Part shown: piece by piece, positions 9,600 to 20,552 of the stretch | How the letters are laid out: each line of letters starts with the position of its first letter | Position numbering within the stretch: position 1 is the stretch's first letter | Assembly (NCBI GenBank): GCA_038850285.1 | Contig: JAWCMA010000005.1 | Coordinates: 1 to 54,805 of the forward strand | Length of the DNA: 54,805 nucleotides | Source: Methanocellales archaeon | GTDB lineage: Archaea > Halobacteriota > JAWCLZ01 | Reading direction: 5' to 3' | Program-made: the position numbers and the translations under genes | Notes under the pieces: model-generated | Database searches by the model: none | What the model was told of the DNA's origin: nothing | Seen by the model: only the letters and a program-made list of their open reading frames with translations

Positions 9600-10431
9600 A
9601 GCTTTTGCTCCAGCGCATATAACTGGTTTTTTCGAGATCTGCGAGGATAGCAATCCTAGGAAAATGGGTTCAAGAGGCTGTGGATTTACTTTAAATGTAG
9701 GGGTAACAACTGAGGTTAAAACTGGCTCTGAAACCTATATAGAATTAAATGGAAAGCGAGAGGAAGCTGAGACTAGTAGATGGGTTGTTAATGCCCTTGC
9801 CTCGGGAGTGCAAGTTGAGGTGAGATCCAAAGTTGCGGTTCCAATTGGCTTCGGCCTTGGGGCAAGTGGTGCTGGAGCGCTTAGCACTGCCTTTGCATTG
9901 AATCAAGCTTTAAATTTAAGAAAGAGTTTCAATGAGCTAGCTTTAATTGCCCATATCGCTGAAGTGGAAAACCGCACTGGACTTGGGAGTGTAACTGGGC
10001 AGTGCTATGGAGGGGTGGTTATAAGAAAGCAGCCTGGGGCAATTGGATTTGGAGAGGTAGATAGAATTCCAGCTAGAAGGGTTCAAGTTTATTATATAGC
10101 AATGGGCGCTATTCCCACTAAAGAGGTTATTACAAGCTCGATGGCTAAGAAAAAGATAAATAGCTCAGGTAGAAGGGCTTTGAAGGCTCTTTTAAAAAAA
10201 CCCACTTTTGAGAATTTCATGGCCCTTTCCCAGAAATTCTCCTATGAAACGGAATTATTGAGCAATAGAGCTAGAGATATAATTGAAGCTGTTGAAGCGC
10301 AAGGAGGACTTGCGAGCATGGCTATGATTGGTGATACTGTTTTTGCATTGAATATCGAGGAAAAATTTTTAAGGAAATTTGGCAAAGTTGAAAAAGCTAG
10401 CCTTGGATTTGAAGGTATACATTTAATATAA
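9586..10431 (+). CDS. pok: Pantoate kinase (GHMP family)
   Basis: AFAPAHITGFF, GSRGCG, PIGFGLGASGA, AHIAEV..RTGLG; directly follows coaBC. Confidence 0.88.
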   Translation: MLIGRAFAPAHITGFFEICEDSNPRKMGSRGCGFTLNVGVTTEVKTGSETYIELNGKREEAETSRWVVNALASGVQVEVRSKVAVPIGFGLGASGAGALSTAFALNQALNLRKSFNELALIAHIAEVENRTGLGSVTGQCYGGVVIRKQPGAIGFGEVDRIPARRVQVYYIAMGAIPTKEVITSSMAKKKINSSGRRALKALLKKPTFENFMALSQKFSYETELLSNRARDIIEAVEAQGGLASMAMIGDTVFALNIEEKFLRKFGKVEKASLGFEGIHLI

Positions 10432-10457
10432 AAAATAAATATTATTATAAATATAAA

Positions 10458-11711
10458 TTATTCCTCTAGCGTGGTTTGAGTGAAGTTCTCAAGCAAAGGC
10501 TGAGTTTTTATGCCCTCAAGCATTCTCAAGCGAAGGTCTTCAAGTATAACCCTTCTTGTGCTATCTCGAGGCACGCTCATTGTAATTTCCTTAGTTCTAC
10601 CATATCTCCCTTTGCTTACTACTATTGCATTTATTATACCAAGCATGTCTAATTCAGATATTAAATCTGTTATCCTCCTTTGAGTAAGTACCTCTGCATC
10701 GATCTGCCTGCATAGCTTCCTATATACATTAAAAACTTCCCCTGTAGTGGCATTCTTTGTACCTGCCTCCTCCAGTAAAATCATGCTATATAGCACTAGC
10801 TTGCTTTGAGTGGGAAGAGTTCTCACTACTTCAGTAATTCTATCAATTTCGATTTTATCTTGGGCTTGACGCACGTGCTCTTCAGTCACCATTGATACCC
10901 TCTGCCTCTCAGCAAGCTCCCCAGCAACTCTCAATAAATCTAGTGCTCTCCTTGCATCGCCGTGCTCCTGCGCTGCTATCGCTGCGCAGAGGGGGATTAC
11001 TCCATGTGCAAGTGCTCCTTTTTTAAAAGCCATTATTGCTCTTTGCTCCAGTATATCTCTAAGCTGATCTGCATTATAAGGGGGGAAGATAATCTCCTCC
11101 TCCCCTAGGGAGCTTTTGACTCTAGGATCTAGAAATTCTGTGAATTTCAAATCATTGGTAATGCCAATGATACTTACCTTTGCTCTCTTAAGTTCAGTAT
11201 TAATCCTAGATAAATTGTAAAGAACGTCATCGCCACTCTTTTTTATTAATTTATCAATTTCATCAAGGATAATTATAATCGCCTGCTCTTGGGAATCAAG
11301 AGCTTCTTTAAACTCTTTATAAACATGATCCGTGGGCCAACCAGTGAAGGGCACTTCTCTACTGAAGCGATTCGCTAAATGCGCTAGCACCCGATATTGA
11401 GTATCTATAACCTCGCAGTTTAAATATAACACTGTACATGGAATACCTTTAGCTGCACCTGCCCTCTCCAATTCTTTGCCTACATATTTAGCGGTAGCTG
11501 TTTTCCCAGTCCCAGTTTTCCCATATATTAAAACATTAGAGGGCGTTTCATTTCTAAGTGCAACTACCAAAACGCTTGCAAGTGCTTCAATTTGCTCCCT
11601 TCTATGAGGTAAATAATCGGGCGTATAAGAGGGGCGAAGAATTTCCTTATTTTCAAAAAAAGATTCCACTTTGAGCAAGTGATCAAATATCCCGCCTTCC
11701 AAATGCCACAC
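10458..11711 (-). CDS. cdc6: Orc1/Cdc6 replication initiator
   Basis: YTPDYLPHR, GKTGTGKT, ILDEID, GDARRALDLLR, winged-helix SKGRYGRT. Confidence 0.97.
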   Translation of the reverse strand: MWHLEGGIFDHLLKVESFFENKEILRPSYTPDYLPHRREQIEALASVLVVALRNETPSNVLIYGKTGTGKTATAKYVGKELERAGAAKGIPCTVLYLNCEVIDTQYRVLAHLANRFSREVPFTGWPTDHVYKEFKEALDSQEQAIIIILDEIDKLIKKSGDDVLYNLSRINTELKRAKVSIIGITNDLKFTEFLDPRVKSSLGEEEIIFPPYNADQLRDILEQRAIMAFKKGALAHGVIPLCAAIAAQEHGDARRALDLLRVAGELAERQRVSMVTEEHVRQAQDKIEIDRITEVVRTLPTQSKLVLYSMILLEEAGTKNATTGEVFNVYRKLCRQIDAEVLTQRRITDLISELDMLGIINAIVVSKGRYGRTKEITMSVPRDSTRRVILEDLRLRMLEGIKTQPLLENFTQTTLEE

Positions 11712-11730
11712 CCCACAACATATAGAAATC

Positions 11731-12023
11731 CTGCACTCGAAAACATGGCTTATTTAATATTAAAAATTTTGGTTAACGTTTACTTGCTTGTGATCTCACG
11801 GGCTAAAATTTTAATTAGCAATTTAAATTGCAATTAAATAACTAAGTAGCCAACCCCTATATTTCGATTGGAACTGTATATAGGATATTTAGACTATTAT
11901 CCTAAAATAGCTATAAAGGATTGTTGTTAGTTATAAAATTACACATATATATATATTTCTATAGACATATTTTAGATGTTTATTGCTATAATCCAACGCT
12001 ATATTGCATGGGAAAAAAAGGGG
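11731..12023. other. oriC: Probable replication origin (ORB elements plus AT-rich unwinding tract)
   Basis: Minus-strand GTTCCAATCGAAATATAGGGGTT at 11852-11874 matches the ORB consensus with a G-string. Weaker ORB-like copies lie at 11731-11749 and 12004-12023 (+). The tract is very AT-rich and directly upstream of cdc6. Confidence 0.72.
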
Positions 12024-12112
12024 AGCTAATTGAGGGAAATGTATATATAGAAGTGTTCATCAATTTATATGTCTAGTTGCTCGGTTAGTTAAGTTTAACA
12101 TGAGGTGGTTAA

Positions 12113-13741
12113 ATGGCTCAGCAACAAGCTGTGCAACCTATTTTAATCTTAAAGGAAGGGAGCCAGAGAACCAGAGGCAAAGAAGCGCAGAGCATGAATA
12201 TTCTCGCAGCAAGAGCAGTAGCAGCCGCTGTGCGAACTACACTGGGACCGAAAGGCATGGATAAAATGCTTGTGGATAGCTTAGGAGATGTAGTGATAAC
12301 CAACGATGGAGTAACCATTTTAAAGGAAATGGACATCGAACATCCAGCTGCAAAAATGATGGTAGAAGTCTCAAAGACGCAAGATCAAGAAGTCGGAGAT
12401 GGCACAACCACAGCTGTGGTAATAGCGGGAGAGCTACTAGGCAATGCTGAGAAATTAATTGACCAGAAGATCCATCCCACAGTTGTAGTATCAGGCTATA
12501 AGATAGCCGCGAAGAGAGCTGAGGAGGTATTGAAAAATATAGCAATTGATGTGGATATAGGCAATGAAAAGCTTTTGAGGCAAACCGCGCTCACTGCAAT
12601 AACTGGAAAGGGAGCTGAAACAGCTAAGGAGGAAATCTCAGAGATCTGCGTGCAAGCAGTCAAGGCAATTGTGGAAAATGGGAAGGCAGATATTGAAAAT
12701 ATACAGATACAGAAAATAGAGGGAGGCAGCACCACAGATTCAAAGCTTGTTCAAGGAGTGGTAATAGATAAAGAAGTGGTGCATCCCCACATGCCAAAGA
12801 GAGTAGAGAATGCAAAGATACTGCTCTTAGACGTAGCACTTGAATATAAGAAAACCGAAGTAGATGCAGAGATTTCAATAACATCTCCAGATCAATTAAA
12901 AGCATTCTTAGATGAAGAGGAACGCATATTGAAGAACATGGTTGATAAAATTGCAGCAACTGGTGCAAATGTAGTGCTCTGCCAGAAGGGCATAGATGAT
13001 ATAGCGCAGCATTACCTAGCAAAAGCAAACATCTTAGCAGCTAGAAGAATAAAGGAAAGCGACATGGAGAAACTAGCGAGAGCTACAGGAGCAACCATAG
13101 TCAAAAGCTTAGAGGGAGTATCTGCTAAAGACCTAGGCAGCGCTGGACTAGTTGAAGAACGCAAATATGGCGAGGATGAAATGATATTTGTGGAGCAATG
13201 CAAGAATCCAAAGGCAGTCACAATAATACTCCGAGGAGGCTCAGAGCACGTTGTAGATGAACTAGAAAGAGGAGTCAACGATGGCCTGCGCGTAGTTGAA
13301 GGAGCAATCGAAGATGGCAAGCTCGTGGCAGGGGGAGGAGCAGCTGAAGTTGAAGTAGCCCTTCGCCTGCGAGAGTATGCGGCAAGAGTAGGGGGAAGAG
13401 AGCAGCTTGCAATTGAGGCTTTCGCAGACGCTATTGAGGTTATTCCAAAGACACTTGCAGAGAACGCTGGCTTAGATCCAATTGACACCATCGTAGATCT
13501 AAGAGCGGAGCACGAGAAAGGCAATAAACACGCTGGACTCAATGTATACACAGGTAAAGTAATAGATATGTATAAAGAAGGCGTGGTCGAGCCATTAAGA
13601 GTAAAAACTCAAGCAATTCACTCAGCCTCAGAAGCTGCAACGATGATTCTGAGGATCGACGATGTAATTTCAGCGGGCAAGCTTGAGAAAGAAGAAAAGA
13701 AACCACCATCCAAGGGCGAGGAGTTCGAATCAGAATATTAA
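12113..13741 (+). CDS. ths: Thermosome subunit (group II chaperonin)
   Basis: [32 protein letters not shown]. Confidence 0.97.
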   Translation: MAQQQAVQPILILKEGSQRTRGKEAQSMNILAARAVAAAVRTTLGPKGMDKMLVDSLGDVVITNDGVTILKEMDIEHPAAKMMVEVSKTQDQEVGDGTTTAVVIAGELLGNAEKLIDQKIHPTVVVSGYKIAAKRAEEVLKNIAIDVDIGNEKLLRQTALTAITGKGAETAKEEISEICVQAVKAIVENGKADIENIQIQKIEGGSTTDSKLVQGVVIDKEVVHPHMPKRVENAKILLLDVALEYKKTEVDAEISITSPDQLKAFLDEEERILKNMVDKIAATGANVVLCQKGIDDIAQHYLAKANILAARRIKESDMEKLARATGATIVKSLEGVSAKDLGSAGLVEERKYGEDEMIFVEQCKNPKAVTIILRGGSEHVVDELERGVNDGLRVVEGAIEDGKLVAGGGAAEVEVALRLREYAARVGGREQLAIEAFADAIEVIPKTLAENAGLDPIDTIVDLRAEHEKGNKHAGLNVYTGKVIDMYKEGVVEPLRVKTQAIHSASEAATMILRIDDVISAGKLEKEEKKPPSKGEEFESEY

Positions 13742-13793
13742 ATTTTTTTAACATTTAACATTTTAATATTTTTTAATTCTCAGGTGAAAGAAT

Positions 13794-14363
13794 ATGGAGC
13801 TTGAGAAAGAGCCTGCATTGGAAAGAAATAAAGTAATGGAGGTAATGCAAACTCAAGAAGCAGAGCTAGCCAAGTTAAAAGTGGAGCTAGAGGAGAAAGC
13901 TAAAGAACTTGAGGAAAAAAAGAAAGAGCTTATGGAAAAAACTAAGCTTGCAGATGAATACTACATTCAGCTGCAGTATTTAAGGGCTGATATTGAGAAT
14001 TTGAAGAAATTTGCCGAAAAAGAAAAAATGGAATATATAAAATTTGCTAATGAAGAGCTGGTTAAAAAAATGCTGCCGGTATTAGATAGCTTTGAAAGTG
14101 CTTTAAAAATGAAATGTGAAAATAAAGGAATAATTGAAGGAATGGAGAAAATATATCGCCAGCTATATGAAATCCTCGAGAAAGAAGGACTTAAATTTAT
14201 TTCAGCAGTTGGCGAGAAATTCGATCCATTTAAACATGAAGCAGTAGCCCAAATTGAAAATAAAAATGCTGAGGAAAATACTATACTAGAGGAACTTCAA
14301 AAAGGATATACCTTTAATTCCAAGGTAATTCGCACATCTAAAGTTAAAGTCTCAAAGAGGTGA
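13794..14363 (+). CDS. grpE: Nucleotide exchange factor GrpE
   Basis: [29 protein letters not shown]; precedes dnaK. Confidence 0.95.
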   Translation: MELEKEPALERNKVMEVMQTQEAELAKLKVELEEKAKELEEKKKELMEKTKLADEYYIQLQYLRADIENLKKFAEKEKMEYIKFANEELVKKMLPVLDSFESALKMKCENKGIIEGMEKIYRQLYEILEKEGLKFISAVGEKFDPFKHEAVAQIENKNAEENTILEELQKGYTFNSKVIRTSKVKVSKR

Positions 14364-14367
14364 GAAA

Positions 14368-16239
14368 ATGGCAAAGATAATTGGAATCGATTTAGGAACA
14401 AGTAATTCAGCTGCTGCAGTTATGATGGGAGGCAGACCAACTATAATTCCAAGCTCTGAGGGTATAACTCTAGGGGGTAAAGCCTTCCCAAGCTATGTTG
14501 GCTTCGCAAAAGATGGACAGATATTAATTGGCGAGCCCGCTAGAAGGCAAGCTGTAAGCAATCCCGAGGGCACTGTTACTGCATTTAAAAGAAAGATGGG
14601 CACGGATTATAAATATAGAATTCATGGCAAAGAATATACCCCTCAAGAGCTCTCTGCATTCTTACTTCGCAAGATAAAGCAAGACTCTGAAGCTTTTCTT
14701 GGGGAAAAAGTGGAGAAAGCAGTTATAACTGTGCCAGCTTATTTCAATGACAATCAGAGGCAGGCAACTAAAGACGCGGGTAGAATAGCCGGCTTAGAAG
14801 TGGTTCGAATAATCAATGAACCTACAGCAGCCAGCCTTGCCTATGGAATTGATAAAGCAGGTAAAGAACAGCGAATAATGGTCTTCGACCTAGGCGGCGG
14901 CACATTGGATGTCACCCTCCTGGAATTTGGAGGGGGGGTTTTTGAAGTAAAAGCCACTTCAGGGGATACTCAACTCGGCGGCACAGATATGGATAATGCC
15001 TTAATAGACTACATTGTTCGAGAATTCAAGCGCGATACAGGCATAGATTTAAGGAATGATAAAATGGCAATGATGCGCCTTAAAGAAGCCGCGGAGAAAG
15101 CCAAAATCGAGCTCTCAACCTCACTTACAACCGATATTAACTTGCCCTTCCTCACAGCGGATCAAACTGGACCTAAGCATCTCACGATGACCATTACTAG
15201 AGCAAAGCTCGAGGAATTAATAGCTCCCATAATAGATCGCTGCCGGGGGCCAATGAGGCAAGCTCTAGCTGATGCCAAGCTAGAGCCAAAGGATATAGAT
15301 AAAGTGATTCTAGTGGGGGGTCCAACGCGCATGCCAATTGTACAACGCTTCGTTGAGGAATTCATGGGCAAAAAAATAGAGCGAGGCATAGACCCAATGG
15401 AATGCGTTGCAATGGGAGCAGCTATCCAAGGGGGAGTACTCGCAGGGGAAGTTAAAGACCTAGTGCTATTAGATGTAACCCCTCTTTCACTTGGAGTTGA
15501 AACCCTAGGCGGGGTTTTCACTAAATTGATAGAGAGAAATACAACCATTCCAACTAGAAAGAGCCAGATCTTCACCACCGCTGCTGACAATCAAACAAGT
15601 GTAGAGATACATGTTCTACAGGGAGAGAGACCAATGGCAGCGGATAACACCACTCTCGGTCGCTTCCATTTAATAGGCATACCACCTGCTCCCCGCGGCA
15701 TTCCCCAGATCGAGGTTACCTTTGACATCGATGTAAATGGCATCCTCACAGTTTCAGCTAAAGATCTCGCAACTAGCAAGGAGCAAAGAATCACTATAAC
15801 TGCACCACATAGACTCTCGGAAGAGGAAATTCAGCGCAAGATCAAGGAAGCTGAGAAATATGCTGAGGAGGATAAAAAGAGAAGGGAAAAAGCAGAGCTT
15901 AAGAATCAAGCGGATTCATTGATTTATACCTCGGAGAAAACAATTAGAGAAGCCGGGGATAAAATAAGCAAAGAACTTAAGGATAAAGCAGCTCAAGCCA
16001 TTGAAAAACTCAAGGAAGCGGTGAAAAGCGAGGATGTAGCTAGAATAAAAGGGGAGATTGAGAATACAACTAAAGTACTACATGAAATTGCAACCCTAAT
16101 GTATCAGCAAACCGCGCCGCCAAAGGGGGAAGAAGCAAAAGCAAGGGGCGATCAAGCTAAAAGTGATCAAGCTAAAGGCGATCAAGCTAAAACAATGGAC
16201 GCTGATTATAAAGTGGTGGATGAGGATAAAGAGAAATAA
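14368..16239 (+). CDS. dnaK: Chaperone DnaK (Hsp70)
   Basis: [33 protein letters not shown]. Confidence 0.98.
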   Translation: MAKIIGIDLGTSNSAAAVMMGGRPTIIPSSEGITLGGKAFPSYVGFAKDGQILIGEPARRQAVSNPEGTVTAFKRKMGTDYKYRIHGKEYTPQELSAFLLRKIKQDSEAFLGEKVEKAVITVPAYFNDNQRQATKDAGRIAGLEVVRIINEPTAASLAYGIDKAGKEQRIMVFDLGGGTLDVTLLEFGGGVFEVKATSGDTQLGGTDMDNALIDYIVREFKRDTGIDLRNDKMAMMRLKEAAEKAKIELSTSLTTDINLPFLTADQTGPKHLTMTITRAKLEELIAPIIDRCRGPMRQALADAKLEPKDIDKVILVGGPTRMPIVQRFVEEFMGKKIERGIDPMECVAMGAAIQGGVLAGEVKDLVLLDVTPLSLGVETLGGVFTKLIERNTTIPTRKSQIFTTAADNQTSVEIHVLQGERPMAADNTTLGRFHLIGIPPAPRGIPQIEVTFDIDVNGILTVSAKDLATSKEQRITITAPHRLSEEEIQRKIKEAEKYAEEDKKRREKAELKNQADSLIYTSEKTIREAGDKISKELKDKAAQAIEKLKEAVKSEDVARIKGEIENTTKVLHEIATLMYQQTAPPKGEEAKARGDQAKSDQAKGDQAKTMDADYKVVDEDKEK

Positions 16240-16244
16240 AAGCG

Positions 16245-17420
16245 GTGTTGGCATTGGAAAAAGAAAAGCGGGATTACTATGAAGTGCTAGGGGTTAATAG
16301 AAATGCCACTAAGGAAGAGATCAAGCAAGCTTATCGAAAACTCGCTATGCAGTATCACCCAGATGTAAGTAAAGATCCTAATGCTGAGGAAAAATTCAAG
16401 GAAATCTCTGAAGCCTATGCAGTGCTAAGTGACGATGAAAAGCGCGCTCAATATGACCGCTTTGGACACGCTGGAATGGCTGGATATACGCAGCAAGATC
16501 TATTCCGCGACTTCGACTTCGATATCTTCAGAGACTTCGGCTTTGGAAGCTTTGACTCCATTTTTGATATTTTCTTCGGCCGAGACTTCGGCTCACGTTT
16601 TCGACAAACCTATGAACAAGTATATCGCCCTAGGCGCGGGAATGATATTTTATATACCCTTGAGATAAGCTTGAATGAAGCTGCTTTTGGAGCTGAAAAG
16701 GAAATCGAGGTCCCAAAGCAAATCCCCTGCTCAGCTTGCGGGGGCACAGGTGCTAAACCTGGCACTGGTCCAAGGAAATGCCCAGCTTGCAATGGCACTG
16801 GTCAAGTTAGACATGCGCAAACCCGAGGCTTTACCCAATTCATAAGAATTGAAACCTGCAGCGCCTGCAGAGGACGCGGTACATATATCGAAGTGCCCTG
16901 CGGTGAATGCAGAGGTAAAGGAATTGTACAGAGAACTCGCAAGCTATCGATCAAAGTGCCCAAGGGAGTGGACACTAGTTATCGCCTGCGCATAAGAGGA
17001 GAGGGTGAAGCTGGAGAGAGTGGCGCTCCACCTGGAGATTTATATATCGAGGTTAAAGTCAAGCCCCACGCTTTCCTCGAGAGGGAGGGAGATGATTTAA
17101 TTTGCAAGATACCAATAAGTTATCCTCAAGCAGCACTTGGCTGCGAGATCGAGGTCCCCACTCTCTATGGAAAATCAAAGTTGAAAATACCCCCGGGCAC
17201 GCAGAATGATACTCTCTTTCGATTAAAGGGCAAGGGAATGCCTCGCTTGCAGGGATATGGAAATGGTGATCAAATTGTACGCATTTATATAACCATTCCA
17301 ACTAAATTGAACAAGCGGCAGAGAGAACTGCTGGAGGAACTAGCAAAGCTAGAGGAGCAGGAGAAAGAGAGGGAGAAGGAAAAAAGTTTTTTCTCAAGGA
17401 TATGGAAAGACGTGGAATAA
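16245..17420 (+). CDS. dnaJ: Chaperone DnaJ
   Basis: DYYEVLG, HPD, G/F region, four CxxCxGxG repeats. Confidence 0.97.
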   Translation: MLALEKEKRDYYEVLGVNRNATKEEIKQAYRKLAMQYHPDVSKDPNAEEKFKEISEAYAVLSDDEKRAQYDRFGHAGMAGYTQQDLFRDFDFDIFRDFGFGSFDSIFDIFFGRDFGSRFRQTYEQVYRPRRGNDILYTLEISLNEAAFGAEKEIEVPKQIPCSACGGTGAKPGTGPRKCPACNGTGQVRHAQTRGFTQFIRIETCSACRGRGTYIEVPCGECRGKGIVQRTRKLSIKVPKGVDTSYRLRIRGEGEAGESGAPPGDLYIEVKVKPHAFLEREGDDLICKIPISYPQAALGCEIEVPTLYGKSKLKIPPGTQNDTLFRLKGKGMPRLQGYGNGDQIVRIYITIPTKLNKRQRELLEELAKLEEQEKEREKEKSFFSRIWKDVE

Positions 17421-17426
17421 GATAGG

Positions 17427-17984
17427 ATGGATAATATGATATTAAGCGGGAAGGAAATTGAAAGAGAAGCAGTGCTCTTAGTAGCGAAGCTCATGTTGAA
17501 TTCAATTCGCACAGCACCTAAAGCTCTAGGTAGAGATACGATTTACTCTGCAATATTGCTGGATGAAGATTTGAAAAAAATTGCAGTGGAAATGCGCCAT
17601 CAAGCTAAAACCCGAGGCACAGGCTGGGAGCGAGATGCTGCAAATGTGGAGCAATCAAGTGCACTTTGTTTGATAGGTGTGAAAAGCGAAGCCTCAAATT
17701 TAGACTGTGGAGCATGCGGCTTTAAAACTTGCGGGGAACATAATAAAGCTATTCGCACCCAAGGTCTTGACTTCGAAGGGCCTACCTGCATAATCAAAGC
17801 CCTAGACCTAGGTATTGCTCTAGGCTCAGCGGTGAAAACAGCCTCTATCCATAATGTGGATAATCGCGTTTTCTATCGCGCGGGTGCAGCAGCTAAAAAA
17901 CTGGGGTATTTAAAGGAAGCCAGTCTAATAATAGCAATTCCCCTCTCCGCCACTGGCAAAAATCTATACTTCGACCGTAAATAG
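17427..17984 (+). CDS. Ferredoxin-domain protein (DUF2148-like)
   Basis: RTAPKALG, DCGACGFKTC, DLGIALGSA, VDNRV, GKNLYFDR. Confidence 0.75.
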   Translation: MDNMILSGKEIEREAVLLVAKLMLNSIRTAPKALGRDTIYSAILLDEDLKKIAVEMRHQAKTRGTGWERDAANVEQSSALCLIGVKSEASNLDCGACGFKTCGEHNKAIRTQGLDFEGPTCIIKALDLGIALGSAVKTASIHNVDNRVFYRAGAAAKKLGYLKEASLIIAIPLSATGKNLYFDRK

Positions 17985-17994
17985 GAGCACTATA

Positions 17995-18660
17995 ATGCTA
18001 GCCTCCATAGTAGAGTGGCTCTTCAATCTCACCACTAGCTATGGCTATATAGGTATTTTTGCCGCGAGTTTCCTAGGCAATCTCCTTCTCTTCATACCCC
18101 TTCCTTATTTAATAATAGTCTTCGCATTCAGCAATCCAGCCTTCGGTCTCGATCCAGCTTTATTAGCAATTGCAAGTGCCCTCGGAGCAGCGATTGCGAA
18201 GTTGATAACCTATAGCATTGGCTATGAAAGCAGGCATTTGCTTGCGGAGCAGCGCCGTAGAAAACTTGAATATGCACGTTGGTTAGTTGAACGGCGTGGA
18301 ATGTTAATTATATTCCTCTTCGCAGCCACCCCCCTCCCTGACGATGTACTCTATATTCCTCTTGGGATAATGAATTACTCCCCTCTTAAGTTCTTTACCT
18401 CGGTGCTAGCTGGCAAGGTAATTTTAACTTTAATAGTGAGCTACAGTGGTCACTACTCAATTGAATGGCTCACTATCTTATTAAATGGAGGCTGGCTAGG
18501 TGTAATTTTAACAGCAATTTTCATTCTCCTCTCAATATATCTAACTTTGAAGATCGACTGGGAAAAACTCTGCCTCACTTTCTTCAGCGATAAAGTGGAG
18601 AGCTTGAGGTATTTACTGGATGAGTTTGAAAGAGAGAAAGAGGAAAAAGGCTATCGATAG
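17995..18660 (+). CDS. DedA/VTT-family membrane protein
   Basis: YGYIGIF, FAATPLPDD, multiple TM helices. Confidence 0.8.
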   Translation: MLASIVEWLFNLTTSYGYIGIFAASFLGNLLLFIPLPYLIIVFAFSNPAFGLDPALLAIASALGAAIAKLITYSIGYESRHLLAEQRRRKLEYARWLVERRGMLIIFLFAATPLPDDVLYIPLGIMNYSPLKFFTSVLAGKVILTLIVSYSGHYSIEWLTILLNGGWLGVILTAIFILLSIYLTLKIDWEKLCLTFFSDKVESLRYLLDEFEREKEEKGYR

Positions 18661-19880
18661 CGCTTAGCTGCCTCTATTAAAGCTATGATTCCAGGCATCC
18701 TCTCTCCAGCGAGATAGTCCATGCAAGCCCCCCCTCCAGTGCTCACGTGAGCGACTTTACTTTCAATTCCCAGTTTCTCCACAGCTGCTGAAGTATGCCC
18801 CCCTCCTAATACTGCAAATTTGGCTCTAGTGCAGGCCATTAAAAGCTCATTGGTTGCTATAGCAAAATCTGGAACTTCATTAACTCCAGCTGGGCCGTTG
18901 AAGACCACAACATCTGCATTTTCAATCTCTTTTTTAAATCTATCTATAGTCTCAAATCCAATGTCCCAGATTTGATACTCCGAGGGAATTTGATGAATGG
19001 ATACTTCCACGCGAGTATTATTCTTGGAAAGAGCAATGTCCACGGGTAGCATTATCTTCATGCGGTATTTAAGAAGCAATTGCTTAGCATTCTCAATCTC
19101 CCCCTCAAAGCCTTCATCGCGTATGAACTTAAAATTCCTCTCCCCTATGTTAACTCCATTTGCAGCTAGGAAAACATTTGCAACCACGCCTGTGACTAAT
19201 ATTTTATCAGCACTGCCTCTTTCAAGCACATTTTTCATAACTTTAATGGAATCAGTGACCTTCGCTCCACCTAAAACAAAAACAGCTCCCCCGGTTTCTG
19301 ATCGCTCTAAAACCTTATTCAAAGTATCAATTTCCCGCTCCATTAACCTTCCCGCTCCTGAAGGTAGCACTGGTGTGAAGCCAACTATAGAAGCGTGGGA
19401 GCGATGAGCGGTGCCAAAGGCATCGTTTAAAAAGATTTCAACTACGCTTGAAAGCTTTCTAACTAGCTGTGTTTTAGCATGCTCCTGCGCACTTTGCTCA
19501 ATTTGCTCCTCAGAGCAGAAACGCACATTTTCAAGGAGAATTATATCCCCATTTTTCATTGCCTTTATTGAGTTTCGAGAATAAGAACCGAAAACATCAT
19601 CTATATACCTCACTTCTTTTTTTAAAAGCTGGCTCAATCTCTTAGCATGCTCCTCCATAGTGGTGAAGTCCTTCTTACCCGGGCGAGATTGATGCGATAA
19701 TAAAACTGTTTTCGCGCCCTCAAGCTCTTTAATGGTTTTAATATGACTTCGCATACGTTTATCATCGAGAATGGCACTGGTTTTTGGGTCGATTGGAGAA
19801 TTTATATCGATTCTTAAAAGCACGGTTTTATTTTTAAACTCAAAATCATCCATTGTAAGGTAATCCCGCTTGGGATCCAT
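18651..19880 (-). CDS. pgk: Phosphoglycerate kinase
   Basis: LRIDINSP, SHQSRP, LLENVRF, LGGAKV, STGGGA. Confidence 0.96.
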   Translation of the reverse strand: MDPKRDYLTMDDFEFKNKTVLLRIDINSPIDPKTSAILDDKRMRSHIKTIKELEGAKTVLLSHQSRPGKKDFTTMEEHAKRLSQLLKKEVRYIDDVFGSYSRNSIKAMKNGDIILLENVRFCSEEQIEQSAQEHAKTQLVRKLSSVVEIFLNDAFGTAHRSHASIVGFTPVLPSGAGRLMEREIDTLNKVLERSETGGAVFVLGGAKVTDSIKVMKNVLERGSADKILVTGVVANVFLAANGVNIGERNFKFIRDEGFEGEIENAKQLLLKYRMKIMLPVDIALSKNNTRVEVSIHQIPSEYQIWDIGFETIDRFKKEIENADVVVFNGPAGVNEVPDFAIATNELLMACTRAKFAVLGGGHTSAAVEKLGIESKVAHVSTGGGACMDYLAGERMPGIIALIEAAKRYR

Positions 19881-20051
19881 ATTTACCCCTATTTTAATTT
19901 AGCAATACAGATATATAATTGATTTTGTTTAATTATGTAAAATTAAAATTTTTGTTTAATTAGGTCAAATTAATTAGGTCAAATTAAATTCAAATCTCCA
20001 AAAAAAATTTATAGAGCACTGGAGTAAAAATATAGGCACGGCTGGTTTATT

Positions 20052-20552
20052 ATGAGAAACATCAATGAAAAGGATAAAGAGATCTTAAGCATACTGGAAA
20101 ACGATGCAAGAGTTCCAACCCCTGAGCTCGCAACAATGGTTGCGCTATCCGAGGAAGAGGTTATAAAAAGAATGAAGGAGCTTGAGCAGAGAGGCGTGAT
20201 TAAGAAATATAAAGCAGTTGTAGATTGGGAAAAAGCAGGGGTGGAAAAAGTAACTGCAGTGATTGATGTTAAAGTCACGCCGGAGCGAGGCAAGGGCTAT
20301 GATAGCGTTGCAGAGCGAGTAGCAAACTTCCCTGAAGTGCGAACGGTATATTTAGTTTCAGGGGAATACGATTTAGCGGTTGTAGTGGAAGCTAAAACAA
20401 TGAAGGAAGTTTCCCTCTTTGTCTCTGAAAAACTAGCGCCCCTTGAAAGAGTGCATGGCACTAATACCCATTTCATGTTAAAAAAATATAAAGAAGAGGG
20501 AATAGTGGTCTTTGAGAAAGAGGAGAATAAAAGACTGGGGATCTCGCTATGA
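20052..20552 (+). CDS. Lrp/AsnC-family transcriptional regulator
   Basis: N-terminal HTH (ILENDAR), VSGEYDL RAM domain; ATGA-coupled to the aminotransferase. Confidence 0.9.
   Translation: MRNINEKDKEILSILENDARVPTPELATMVALSEEEVIKRMKELEQRGVIKKYKAVVDWEKAGVEKVTAVIDVKVTPERGKGYDSVAERVANFPEVRTVYLVSGEYDLAVVVEAKTMKEVSLFVSEKLAPLERVHGTNTHFMLKKYKEEGIVVFEKEENKRLGISL

Noticed and set aside
12071-12090. Possible HSR1-type heat-shock operator (CTAAC-N5-GTTAG) before the thermosome gene
   Set aside because: The sequence CTAGT-N6-GTTAG has the wrong spacing and a mismatched half-site.
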